Assembly (NCBI GenBank): GCA_965248695.1
Contig: CBDFKD010000002.1
Span: 3,776,001-3,840,000 of the forward strand
Origin: Acidobacteriota bacterium
GTDB lineage: Bacteria; Acidobacteriota; UBA890; WLXD01
Direction: 5' to 3'
DNA: 64,000 nt
Part shown: piece after piece, positions 49,244 to 59,018 of the stretch
Layout: each line of letters starts with the position of its first letter
Position numbering within the stretch: position 1 is the first letter of the stretch
Notes under the pieces: model-generated
Seen by the model: only the letters and a program-made list of their open reading frames with translations
The model's database searches: none
What the model was told of the DNA's origin: nothing
Translations under genes and position numbers: made by a program

Positions 49244-52123
49244 TCAGAAGGAAAGTCGTGCCCCGAGCCGAAACTGCCGCCCGGGCAGCAGACGTGTAGA
49301 GTCGCGGGGCAGCCCGACGCTGGAGAGTCTGTTGCCTTCGGCGTCGCGCTCAAGGCTGAACGTTCGGTCGATTCGATCTCTGACGCTGGTCGGGGAGAAG
49401 TCGTTGAGCATGTTGAACCCGTCGACCATCAACTCGAACCGGCCATTCCCAAAATTAAAGGACTTCGAGAGCCGCAGATCGAGCTGCCTATGCGAATCCC
49501 ACCGCCTGCTGCGAACCTTCTCGATGTTTGTGCTGCCGTAGGCGGCGTTGAGCAATTGGGGAATCCCCCTGGATCCGTGCCTGACCTTGAGGTTCCACGG
49601 CCGACCCGACGCCAAGTTCCAGTACATACCCAAGAGGATGTCTCCGGGCAGCCTGTAGTTGCCCAGTATCTTCCAGCTCCACGTCCTGCTGAAGCGCAAC
49701 GGACCCGACTCGGAGAAAGGGTGGCCGTTGAAGTTCGGGTTGTCTTCTTCGTCGAAGCCCCTACCCCAGATGGTCTGGCCGTCGCCATTCTCTATCCTTC
49801 CCTCGTTGTTCTGGTAGGTGAGCGAGGTGCTGAAGTTGAGGCCGGAACCCGTTCGCCGTCGGTCCAGCGACAGCGTCACGATGTTGTGCCACCGCACATA
49901 GTAGTCGCTGTTATCGAAGACGTTCTCGATAGCGCCGCTGGGTTTCGAGTAGAGCGTCTGCGTCGTCGGCGTATCGAGGAATCCGGGCACCACCGGGCTG
50001 GTGTATTCGAAGGGCGTAAACACATGGTCAATGATGTCGTTGTAGATGAACATGTTGCTGTCATCTTTGCGGATGTAGTCGAGACCCACGATCCAGTCCC
50101 TGACTAATTCATACTCGAATCCGAAATTGAAGACATCCGTGTGCGTCGACTTCAAGCCGGGGGTGATCGGAAAGATATCGGCGTCGAACGAAGTCCGGTT
50201 CGCGAGTTGGAAGACAGCGTCTTGCAGCGCTAACGCTTGCGCGTCGGTCGGGTTGAACGGGTCGTAGTCGGCAGGGAACATACCGTCAGGTATTGCGAAG
50301 AAGAACCTCTGGTTGGGTTCGTATGGGTCCGTGAACGCGCCGCCGGTGGCTCTCGAGACGTGTCCGATGGAGATCTTCTCGAAGTAGCGCCCCCAGCTGC
50401 CATGGAACACGGCACGGCCATCACCGCTCACATCCAAGGTTGCACCAAGGCGTGGCGCCAAGTTGTCGTACCTGTCTACCTGAGCCCCAACCACCCCACC
50501 CTTCATGTCGTAACCGGTCGTCCGGTCAAAGCGCAGCCCGAGGTTGAGGGTGAGCTTGTCGCTAGCGGTAGCGTTATCCTGGATAAAGGCCGACTGGCGT
50601 AGCATTCGGGCCTCGAGGCCACGGTTGGAGATACGCCCATATACGTTGGAGCCATAGGTATACATGGCCCCTCTACCGGTAATCTTAGCAATCCAGGTGG
50701 ACCAAAGGTCGTTGTAGTCGAGACCGACCTTGAGGTCATGCGCGGCGCCCAGGAAGTCGTCGACGTACTGGGTCACCGTTGCCGTGACATTTTTCGAGGC
50801 GTTGTCCTCGTCCTCCACGAAGCCACGGGTGAGCCTCCGCGACCCGCTGAACCAATAATCCGGTATGTCGCAGCACACGAGCGGGATGCGCAAGAAGTCC
50901 GCCCTATTGTATGCGAGGCGGAGATCGGTGAAGGTGTTGTCGCCCAGTTGGGATTGCCAGGTGAACAACGCGGTCGTGCTGCTGTACTCGGTATCCATGG
51001 CGACGTCGAGCGGCGAACCTGGTCGCAGGTCGATGTTCGACTGGCCGCCCGGATCCTGGTTGATCATGAACCCGAACGTGTTGGTGTCGTTGAGCAAGAA
51101 ATCCAGCTTGCCGTGCAGTGCCCACCTATCGTTACCCTGCTGGGCATCATCGACGGCGATTCCACCGTTCTCCCAGAACGAGTCGGCGGCAATCGAATCG
51201 AGCTTTTCTTGACGGGAGACACCGGCAAAGAACAGCAGCTTGTTCCGCGCAATCGGGCCACCGACAGAGGCGGCAACCTCGCGGTCGTAGGAGAACTTTC
51301 CGCGCTCGAGATCCACGATGCCGCGCGAGTTGTCGGTTCTCAGAGAGCCGTTCTGCCAGTAGTAAGAGCCCGAGCCATGAAACGCGTTGGTGCCCCCCTT
51401 GGTCACAATATTGACCATCGCGCCAGTGAAGTGGCTGTACTCGGCGCTGGCGCCGATACCGACAATCTGGATCTCGGCGATCGTCTCCACGTTCGGGTTG
51501 ACAAAGGTGAGACCCCAGTCCAGCTCGTTGATGTCAACGCCGTTGAGCCGGTAGCCGTTGGTTGCGGCACCTTGCCGATGCACGCTAGTGCCCTCGGAGT
51601 GGTTGCCGCCGGCGCCATAGGCTCCCTTGTCGGCGAAACCAGCGGCGAAGTCGGTCATGTTGGCGAACTCACGCGCCACCGGAACGTTTTCCAGCAGATC
51701 CGCGCCGTATGACGTCGTAAGCGATGCCGACTCTATGTCGATCAACGGCGTCTCGGAGACGACTGTGACCGTCTCTGCGACCCCCGCCAGCTCCAGTTCC
51801 GCAATCACGGTTGACGCCGTGCCGACGTTCACCGGGACGTTGTAGGCTATCGTTTGGAACCCGGTGAGCGAGACCGTGACGATGTACATTCCCGGCCTGA
51901 GATTACGAAACCGGAAGTTGCCCGAGACGTCGCTTACCTCCGAGACAGATACCTGGATGAGGTTGTCTCCCTCGAGGGTGACGGTGGCGCCGGGCAGCCC
52001 CGCACCATCCACGTCCCGAACCACTCCGGCGATATCCCCCTGCGTCCGCTCACCCTGCGCCATCGCCTGCGCGGGGAGTATCAGGAGCATGGCAACAGTC
52101 AAGACGGCAAGCTTGGCGCGCAT
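49244..52123 (-). CDS. TonB-dependent receptor with carboxypeptidase-regulatory-like N-terminal domain (Oar-like)
   Basis: AGGAGG RBS, signal peptide, LPGATVT, VNIVTKGGTN.FHG, LNLGLRFD, APRLG, terminal GARLSF. Confidence 0.92.
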   Translation of the reverse strand: MRAKLAVLTVAMLLILPAQAMAQGERTQGDIAGVVRDVDGAGLPGATVTLEGDNLIQVSVSEVSDVSGNFRFRNLRPGMYIVTVSLTGFQTIAYNVPVNVGTASTVIAELELAGVAETVTVVSETPLIDIESASLTTSYGADLLENVPVAREFANMTDFAAGFADKGAYGAGGNHSEGTSVHRQGAATNGYRLNGVDINELDWGLTFVNPNVETIAEIQIVGIGASAEYSHFTGAMVNIVTKGGTNAFHGSGSYYWQNGSLRTDNSRGIVDLERGKFSYDREVAASVGGPIARNKLLFFAGVSRQEKLDSIAADSFWENGGIAVDDAQQGNDRWALHGKLDFLLNDTNTFGFMINQDPGGQSNIDLRPGSPLDVAMDTEYSSTTALFTWQSQLGDNTFTDLRLAYNRADFLRIPLVCCDIPDYWFSGSRRLTRGFVEDEDNASKNVTATVTQYVDDFLGAAHDLKVGLDYNDLWSTWIAKITGRGAMYTYGSNVYGRISNRGLEARMLRQSAFIQDNATASDKLTLNLGLRFDRTTGYDMKGGVVGAQVDRYDNLAPRLGATLDVSGDGRAVFHGSWGRYFEKISIGHVSRATGGAFTDPYEPNQRFFFAIPDGMFPADYDPFNPTDAQALALQDAVFQLANRTSFDADIFPITPGLKSTHTDVFNFGFEYELVRDWIVGLDYIRKDDSNMFIYNDIIDHVFTPFEYTSPVVPGFLDTPTTQTLYSKPSGAIENVFDNSDYYVRWHNIVTLSLDRRRTGSGLNFSTSLTYQNNEGRIENGDGQTIWGRGFDEEDNPNFNGHPFSESGPLRFSRTWSWKILGNYRLPGDILLGMYWNLASGRPWNLKVRHGSRGIPQLLNAAYGSTNIEKVRSRRWDSHRQLDLRLSKSFNFGNGRFELMVDGFNMLNDFSPTSVRDRIDRTFSLERDAEGNRLSSVGLPRDSTRLLPGRQFRLGARLSF

Positions 52124-52367
52124 TCCACACCTCCTGGGCAACTCGTCACCCGGGGCAACGGCGTCGCCCGACATTGAATTGACTAATGCTTCAGAAGGTG
52201 GTATTAGCATCGTACAGTAACCTCTGTCAACGGCCTGACCCGAATTGACCCAAACCCCGAAAACCTCTGCCAGAAGACGTCGTTGACTTTTGACAGACCC
52301 CATGGTAATAGCGCTTCATCTATGCTTGCATACAGGTATCTGAACGTCTTGGCCGCCGGAGGATGGT

Positions 52368-53900
52368 ATGAGCAAGAACAAAAAGGAGAACAAGCGAAAG
52401 AAGGTCAGCCGTCGCGACTTCGCCAAGACTTCGGTTGCGGCAGGAGCAGCTGCGGTGGCGCTTCCCAAGGCGCTGCGTGGTGAAACGCTGGCTACGAAGG
52501 GAACGTCGGAAGCAGCAAAAGCCGCGGCAGCCGCACCTCGGGGCCCGATCACGATGCCGCCCGAAGTGACGTATGGCGGCGAGGATTTTGACGGTCGCGA
52601 TGTGCTGCTGGAGGACATCATGTCGCCACCCGGCGAGGCCCCCAGCTATCCGGGCGGGTGGCAAGAAGGAACCACGATTCCGGCCGAATACTACCTCGAC
52701 GAGAAGCACTGGCTGAACGAAGAGCGCTTCCTGCAAGATCATTTCTGGTTCATGGCCGACCATGAGAGCCGCATTCCCAATCCGGGCGACTACTTCGTCT
52801 TCGAGTTCGGCCGTGGCGGCAGCCTCATCATCACGCGCGCCAACGACGGTGCCGTGAAGGCCTACCACAACGTCTGCCGACACCGCGGATCGCGGCTCTG
52901 CCTGCACGGTTTCGACAAGGACCTGCCGGGCGAGGCGACGCTCGACGGCAAGCCGGTGGACTCGCGGCTGTCGGTAGCCCAACAAGGACCGAGCGGTAAC
53001 ACAGCGGTCTTTCGTTGCCCGTATCACGCCTGGACCTACGATCTCGACGGCAAGCTGATCTCGGCGCCGACCGGGATGCCAGAGGGGTTCGAACAAGACC
53101 AGCACGGCCTGCACCCGGCCCACGTGCAGATGGTCGAAGGCTTCATCTTCGTCAACCTGGCCGACGAAGAACCAGCGGGCTTCGACGACTTCGTGACCAG
53201 GTGGCGAGGGGTCTGCGAGTTCTATGGAACCGCGAATCTGAAAGTAGTAGCTCGCAAGCAGTACCCGACGAAGGCGAACTGGAAGCTGGCGGTCGAGAAC
53301 TTCCAGGAGTGCTATCACTGCGAGCCGGCGCACAAGTCGTTGGTGATGGTCCAGTGGTGGCAGCAAGCGCACGTGATGACCCCCGAGCAACGCGCCAACC
53401 TCGAGCAGGAACTGGTGAGCCACGAGCACTTGGAGCGGCAACAGGACAACGCGAACCAGAGCAGCTACACGATGAACCGCCACCTCTCACCCGGCTTCGT
53501 CACCGGCAGCCTCGATGGCAAGCCGGTGGCGCCGCTCATCCTCGACGAGTGGACGCATCAGCGGCGCGGCGCAACGACCGGTTTCTCGACGTCGTTCTTC
53601 GCCGCCTACGACGACCACATCGCGGTCGCCCGCTTCACCCCACGAGACATACAGTCGACCGATGTCGAGATCTTCTGGCTGGTCAAGGGCGACGCCAAGG
53701 ATGCAGAGGTGGACGTGGAGCGCATGATGGAGCTCTGGGACGTCACCTACCGAGAGGATCTATGGATCGTCGAGAACAACCAGCACGGCATCCAGAACAG
53801 TCGCTACAACTACGGCGGCGGGCAACCGTACGCCACGCGAGAAGGGGGACCGGCCGGATTCATCAAGTGGTACATGACCGAGATCGCACCGCACGCGTAA
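52368..53900 (+). CDS. Rieske non-haem iron oxygenase alpha subunit (GbcA/CntA-like group) with twin-arginine leader
   Basis: CRH...CPYH Rieske ligands; NWKL..ENFQECYHC...H and ED...E mononuclear Fe site; N-terminal SRRDFAK plus an Ala-rich h-region. Confidence 0.9.
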   Translation: MSKNKKENKRKKVSRRDFAKTSVAAGAAAVALPKALRGETLATKGTSEAAKAAAAAPRGPITMPPEVTYGGEDFDGRDVLLEDIMSPPGEAPSYPGGWQEGTTIPAEYYLDEKHWLNEERFLQDHFWFMADHESRIPNPGDYFVFEFGRGGSLIITRANDGAVKAYHNVCRHRGSRLCLHGFDKDLPGEATLDGKPVDSRLSVAQQGPSGNTAVFRCPYHAWTYDLDGKLISAPTGMPEGFEQDQHGLHPAHVQMVEGFIFVNLADEEPAGFDDFVTRWRGVCEFYGTANLKVVARKQYPTKANWKLAVENFQECYHCEPAHKSLVMVQWWQQAHVMTPEQRANLEQELVSHEHLERQQDNANQSSYTMNRHLSPGFVTGSLDGKPVAPLILDEWTHQRRGATTGFSTSFFAAYDDHIAVARFTPRDIQSTDVEIFWLVKGDAKDAEVDVERMMELWDVTYREDLWIVENNQHGIQNSRYNYGGGQPYATREGGPAGFIKWYMTEIAPHA

Positions 53901-53984
53901 GCCGGCCTCCGTTCGCTTGGTCCATCACCGCAGGCGTGCTCTGAAGCTCACAACCGAAGGGGCGCCCTGACTCGAGGAATAGGT

Positions 53985-55949
53985 ATGCGCGATCGTGGAC
54001 TCGGAATGGACCGCAATATCACCCGGCGCGACTTAGTCAACGGCGTGAGCGTCGCTGTCGGCGGTGCGATGGCCTTGCCGGCCAGGCTTCGCGCCGCAGG
54101 CGTCAGCCAGGCCCACGCCCCCGAGAAGGCAACCGACTATTACCCGCCGGCCCGTACCGGTATGCGGGGATCGCACCCCGGTTCGTTCGAGGCGGCCCAC
54201 GCCGCCCGCGACGGCGTCACGTGGGATGACGCCGAGGACACCGGCGAGACCTACGACCTGATCGTCGTCGGCGCCGGCCTCAGCGGTCTGGCGGCGGCGT
54301 ACTTCTTCCGCAAGGCGACGAGCCCCGACGCCCGCGTGCTGATCCTCGAGAACCACGACGACTTTGGCGGCCACGCCAGGCGCAACGAGTTCGAGCACGA
54401 CGGCCAAGTGCTGCTGGTGACCGGCGGCACGTCTTACATGGTGACGCCGGAGCGCTACCCGCTGGCGGCGCGGGAGATGCTCCAGGATATCGGTGTCGAG
54501 CTGGATCATCCTACCAACAACGTCCATCGAGGGATGTTCAGGGAGTTGGGGCTGGAGCCAGCCGTTTTCTTTGGCAAGGAGAGCTTCGGGAAGGACGTCC
54601 TGGTCAACGGCAGCGTCCGGCGACCCACGGAGGAGTTCCTCGCCAAGACGCCGCTCACTGAGCCGATACGCCGGGACCTGCTGCGGCTCTGGAACGACCG
54701 GCGCGACTATCTGCCGGGGCTGTCCAGGGCGGAGAAGATCCAGCGGCTTCAACGCATCAGCTACCGCGACTACCTGCTGGATGTCGTCCAAGTGCATCCG
54801 GACGTGCTGCCGCTGGTTGGTGGGGTCTGGTGTCTGGGCGCCGATACCTCGAGCGCGTGGTTCGCCCTCTATCGCGGCCTGCCGGGCTTCCAGGGGCTCG
54901 GCTTCGAGGTTCCGCCGGAGTCACCGGCCCACCCGGACCACGACACCACCGACGTCTACTTCCCGGCCGGCAACTCCGACATCGCGCGGATGATCGTGCG
55001 CTCGTTGATCCCGGCGGCCCTACCAGCGGGATCGATGGCGAGCGTCGAGCTCCGGCGAACCAACTACTCGAAGCTTGACGAGCCGCACCAGCCCGTGCGT
55101 CTGCGGCTCAACAGCGCCGCCGTCCGCGCGCAGCATGTCGGCGATCCACCGCAGGTCTTGAGCTCGGACTCCCGCGAGACCGAGATCACCTACGTCCGCG
55201 GTGGCAAGGCCTACCGGGTGCGCGGCAAGGGCTGTGTGTTGGCCTGCTACCACACCATGATCCCGCACCTGTGTCCCGAGCTTCCATCCGAGCAGAAGGA
55301 AGCGCTGAGCCTCGCCGCACGCGCCGTGAATATGTCCACCAACGTCCTGGTGCGCGACTGGCGGGCACTCGAGGAGCTCGGCGTCTCCAGCGTTTCGTGT
55401 CCGGGCTCGTTCTACAGCGCCATCCGCCCTCGCGCACCGATCACGCTCGGGACTTACGATCCACCGCGCACGCCCGCCGACCCGATCGTCGTCTCGCTGG
55501 GGGCTGGCGGAGGGGTGCTCTCCTGGGAACCGATGGTTCGCGGCCTACGCCGCGGCGAGCCGATCCCCCCGGACACACCGGTTCGGGATCAGATGCGAGC
55601 GGTGCGACAAGCGCTCCTGGAGACATCCTTCGAGGACTTCGAACGACGGATCCGCGACCAGATGGCGCGGGTGCTGTCGCCGGCGGGCTTCGACCCGGCG
55701 CGCGACATCGAGGCGATCACCGTGAACCGCTGGCCGCACGGCTACGCCCTGGCGACCAACACGCTGTTCGATCCGGAGTCGCCTCCCGGCGAGGAGCCCT
55801 GGAAGGTCGCCAGTCAGCCCTTCGGGCGGATCACGATCGCCAACACCGATGCCTCGGGGATCGATCTCACCCAGACCGCCTTCGACGAGGCGCACCGCGC
55901 GGTCGGAGAGCTCATGCAGATGCGCCACGGCTGGTTCCCGCGGATCTAA
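53985..55949 (+). CDS. Spermidine dehydrogenase (SpdH)-like FAD oxidoreductase with Tat leader
   Basis: ITRRDLVNG, YYPP..TGMRGSHPGS, VGAGLSG, ENHDDFGGHA.RNEF, ITVNRWPHGYA. Confidence 0.85.
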   Translation: MRDRGLGMDRNITRRDLVNGVSVAVGGAMALPARLRAAGVSQAHAPEKATDYYPPARTGMRGSHPGSFEAAHAARDGVTWDDAEDTGETYDLIVVGAGLSGLAAAYFFRKATSPDARVLILENHDDFGGHARRNEFEHDGQVLLVTGGTSYMVTPERYPLAAREMLQDIGVELDHPTNNVHRGMFRELGLEPAVFFGKESFGKDVLVNGSVRRPTEEFLAKTPLTEPIRRDLLRLWNDRRDYLPGLSRAEKIQRLQRISYRDYLLDVVQVHPDVLPLVGGVWCLGADTSSAWFALYRGLPGFQGLGFEVPPESPAHPDHDTTDVYFPAGNSDIARMIVRSLIPAALPAGSMASVELRRTNYSKLDEPHQPVRLRLNSAAVRAQHVGDPPQVLSSDSRETEITYVRGGKAYRVRGKGCVLACYHTMIPHLCPELPSEQKEALSLAARAVNMSTNVLVRDWRALEELGVSSVSCPGSFYSAIRPRAPITLGTYDPPRTPADPIVVSLGAGGGVLSWEPMVRGLRRGEPIPPDTPVRDQMRAVRQALLETSFEDFERRIRDQMARVLSPAGFDPARDIEAITVNRWPHGYALATNTLFDPESPPGEEPWKVASQPFGRITIANTDASGIDLTQTAFDEAHRAVGELMQMRHGWFPRI

Positions 55950-55951
55950 GT

Positions 55952-56331
55952 GGCGTTGGTGCATGGCTCGGAGCTAAGGGGAGCTTCCCCGTCCTCCGAG
56001 AGGGGTTCACGCCACTCGGTAGCTGTCGGGCATCCCGAGACGAGCCATCGTATTGAGGATCCTGCACGCAGGTCGCACTTCCACGCGTTGGCCCACCAAC
56101 GTGCGACTCCGCATGTCTCGGGCGATGATCGTCTTGTATCGATAGATCGCGTTCTCGACCATGGCGCGCTTGCTATAGCCGGCCCGACTCGTACTCAGGC
56201 CAATTGCGAATCCGATATCGAGACTTCGCGTACTTGTACTGGCTCCGTTTCGGGTACTTCATGGGTGGCAACTCCAGATCGGGGACCTTGCCACGATGAT
56301 GCACTGAGATCAGGAGCCATGCACCAACGCC
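55952..56331 (-). mobile_element. Internally deleted IS5-family (IS903 group) element, 380 bp
   Basis: Perfect 18-bp TIRs GGCGTTGGTGCATGGCTC; transposase N-terminus (YRIRNWPEY) joined to its C-terminus (GYSKRAMVENAIYRYK...LN.M..LGMP.S). Confidence 0.85.
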
Positions 56332-56433
56332 CCGACGAGCGTCGCGAGCGCCGGTCGTGATGGGAGTGTCGCTACAGCCCAAGGGCCAATATGATGTCGC
56401 TATCCGGTCTCGAAAAATCGTCGTGAGGAAATT

Positions 56434-56649
56434 ATGTTCGGCTCGATCGGGGGCACTGAGCTGCTCATCATCCTGGTGATCGCGCTCGTGGTGTTCGGCC
56501 CGAAGCGTCTGCCGGAGCTGGGACGCACGATTGGCAAGGGTCTGAGTGAGTTCCGACGAGCCTCGAACGACCTGAAACGCTCGCTTGAAGATGAGATCAC
56601 GCTCGATGAGCACCGCAGCGAGCGGACGGGATCTCGCGATACTGACTGA
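56434..56649 (+). CDS. tatA: Twin-arginine translocase TatA/TatE subunit
   Basis: IGGTELLIILVIALVVFGPKRLPELGRTIGKGL.EF; GAGG RBS. Confidence 0.92.
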   Translation: MFGSIGGTELLIILVIALVVFGPKRLPELGRTIGKGLSEFRRASNDLKRSLEDEITLDEHRSERTGSRDTD

Positions 56650-56747
56650 GCGGGTGGACCGACTGAGCGAGTGGTCGGAGTAACCGCGCGGTGAGCGAGT
56701 CTGAAGGCGCGACGATGGCCGCCGACCAGTCGGGAGCTGGCCGGAGC

Positions 56748-56777
56748 GAGACACTACCAGCTTTTCGGTAGTGTCCC
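56748..56777. other. 11-8-11 inverted repeat, possible recombination core site or abutted IS ends
   Basis: GAGACACTACC-AGCTTTTC-GGTAGTGTCCC; the same GAGACACTACC occurs at 38938-38948. Confidence 0.45.
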
Positions 56778-57048
56778 ATTATGAAAGTCACTGAAAGTCA
56801 GTTTGGCACCGATTTTGCGGACGTTTCGGGTGGCACTTGTGGCCTGCTAGCCTTTGTAGCGGGGTCGAAAGCGTGCAGGGGTAGGAGTGAGCGCGGGAGA
56901 TGATCACCGACTACGAGGCGGGCCGAATTTCGGCGTATGCCGAGTGGGTAGCCTGGGGCACCTCTTCGGTTACAGCACCGACGCTGAGCGTAGACTCCAT
57001 CACCATCAGAGCGACGGCGACACGGGTCACCGCGATTACTGGTGTTGA

Positions 57049-58320
57049 TGACCTGCCCCCCAATAATCGGGCCAGTCTGAGAGTTTAGGATTTGAGGCTC
57101 TCAGGATGGCGCGGGAAGGGGGAAGAATGGCGCGGAAGCGGTACACTGTAGAGCAGATCATCGCCAAGCTCAGGGAGGCAGAGATCGAGCTAGCGAAAGG
57201 GGCCAAGACACCGGAGGCATGCCGCAAGCTGGGAATCAGCGAGAACACGTACTACCGGTGGCGTAAGGAGTACGGCGGCCTGAGGGTGGATCAGGCGAGG
57301 CGACTCAAGGAGCTGGAGCGCGAGAACGGCCGGCTCAAGAAGCTGCTGGCGGAGACGATGCTCGACAACGCCATCCTCAAAGAGGTGTCGTCGGGAAACT
57401 TCTGAGCCCGACACGTCGACGTCGGGCGGTGCAGAAGGCGCAGCAATCGCTGGGTGTGTCTGAGAGGCGAGCCTGCAGAGTGCTGGGCCAGGTGCGCTCG
57501 ACGCAGCAGTATCGAGCCAAGGTGCCGCAACAGGAGACGGCGCTGGTGGAGCGGATGACCCAGTTGGCGATGCAGTACGGGCGCTACGGATACCGGCGGA
57601 TCACGGCTCTGATGGTGCGGGAAGGGTGGCGAGTGAATCACAAGAGGATCGAGCGGTTATGGCGTCGTGAGAGGCTGAAGGTACCGAGAAAGCAGCCCAA
57701 GCGCCGACGCTTGTGGCTCAACGATGGATCGTGCGTGCGACTGAGGCCGGAAAGGAAAGATCACGTCTGGGCCTACGACTTCGTGCACGAACGAACTCAC
57801 GACGGGCGAGCGCTTCGTCTGCTGACGATCGTGGATGAATACACCAGGGAGTGCTTGGCCATCGATGTGGCGCGCAGACTCAACTCCGAGGATGTGTTGG
57901 AGCGACTCGCTGAGCTGTTCGTGAACCGTGGAGTTCCGGATCACATCCGCTCCGACAACGGACCGGAGTTCACTTCTCGGGCAGTGCGTGAGTGGCTCGA
58001 GCGGATCGGCGTGGGGACGCTGTTCATCGAGCCCGGTTCGCCATGGGAGAACGGCTACGTGGAGAGCTTCAACGGCAAGCTCCGCGACGAGCTGCTGAAC
58101 GGCGAGATCTTCTACACGCTCAAGGAGGCGCAGTGCTTGGTGCACCGCTGGCGCCGCCAGTACAACCAGGTGCGGCCCCATAGCTCGTTGGGCTATCGAC
58201 CGCCTGCACCCGAAGCGACGTTGTTGCAGCCGGCTACGCTCCGCTTCGCCAGCTCCAACAATCTCTTGCCAGTACCGATTCTATGAGTTACGAAGTGGCC
58301 CAAACACTTGGGGCAGGTCA
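57049..58320 (+). mobile_element. IS3-family insertion sequence, 1272 bp
   Basis: TIRs TGACCTGCCCC...GGGGCAGGTCA (TG..CA ends); orfA/orfB arrangement; no target duplication visible. Confidence 0.92.
57127..58286 (+). CDS. IS3 transposase OrfAB (programmed -1 frameshift)
   Basis: orfA 57127-57405 (HTH); slippery G_GGA_AAC at 57393-57399; orfB in the -1 frame with YGYRR, WAYDF, SDNGPEF, ESFNG DDE motifs. Confidence 0.9.
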
Positions 58321-58539
58321 GCGAGATCTTCTACACGCTCAAGGAGGCGCAGTGCTTGGTGCACCGCTGGCGCCGCCAGTACAACCAGGTGCGGCCCCAT
58401 AGCTCGTTGGGCTATCGACCGCCTGCACCCGAAGCGACGTTGTTGCAGCCGGCTACGCTCCGCTTCGCCAGCTCCAACAATCTCTTGCCAGTACCGATTC
58501 TATGAGTTACGAAGTGGCCCAAACACTTGGGGCAGGTCA
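58321..58539 (+). repeat. 219-bp tandem duplication of the IS3 right end
   Basis: Copy of 58102-58320 including the right TIR; identical as far as can be read by eye. Confidence 0.9.
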
Positions 58540-58694
58540 ACGTGATGCCGTTTGGCTGGTAATCTATAGGTACACGTCGAAGCTGTGATGTACGGCGAGT
58601 GATTCTGTGCTCGCTTGCTCGAGTTGAGCAGTGCCGATGGTCGGCGCCACACCCCGTATCCAGCAGCATTCGCAATTGTAAGGAAGAGCAGCAA

Positions 58695-58895
58695 ATGGCT
58701 GAAGGCACTGTCAAGTGGTTCAACGACACCAAGGGCTTCGGGTTTATCGCGCAGGAAGGTGGTGAAGACGTCTTCGTCCACCAGACCGCGATCTCCATGG
58801 AAGGCCACCGCACGCTGATGGAGAACCAGAAGGTCCAGTTCGACATCCAGCAAGGCCCCAAGGGTCTCCAGGCAGCGAACGTCCGCGTTCTCTAG
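58695..58895 (+). CDS. Cold-shock protein (CspA family)
   Basis: [15 protein letters not shown] (RNP1), DVFVH (RNP2), [10 protein letters not shown]. Confidence 0.95.
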   Translation: MAEGTVKWFNDTKGFGFIAQEGGEDVFVHQTAISMEGHRTLMENQKVQFDIQQGPKGLQAANVRVL

Positions 58896-58941
58896 CCTGA
58901 GCGCTATTTCGAGTCGATCTGGCTCGAACTAGCACGAATCT

Positions 58942-58978
58942 GGCGCCGTCCCGCTTCTGCGTGGGACGGCGCCTTTTT
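58942..58978 (+). terminator. Rho-independent terminator after the csp gene
   Basis: GGCGCCGTCCC-N10-GGGACGGCGCC followed by TTTTT. Confidence 0.85.
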
Positions 58979-59018
58979 CTTTGTCAGCGTCGCAGAAGCA
59001 ACGAGCTGATCAGGCGCC

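Noticed and set aside
52200-52312. Divergent TTGAC-N17/18-TAATA promoter pair
   Set aside because: The -35 boxes are good but the -10 boxes lack the conserved final T; not supportable without TSS data.
56900-57048. Short ORF cut by IS3
   Set aside because: No recognisable family; coding status cannot be supported.
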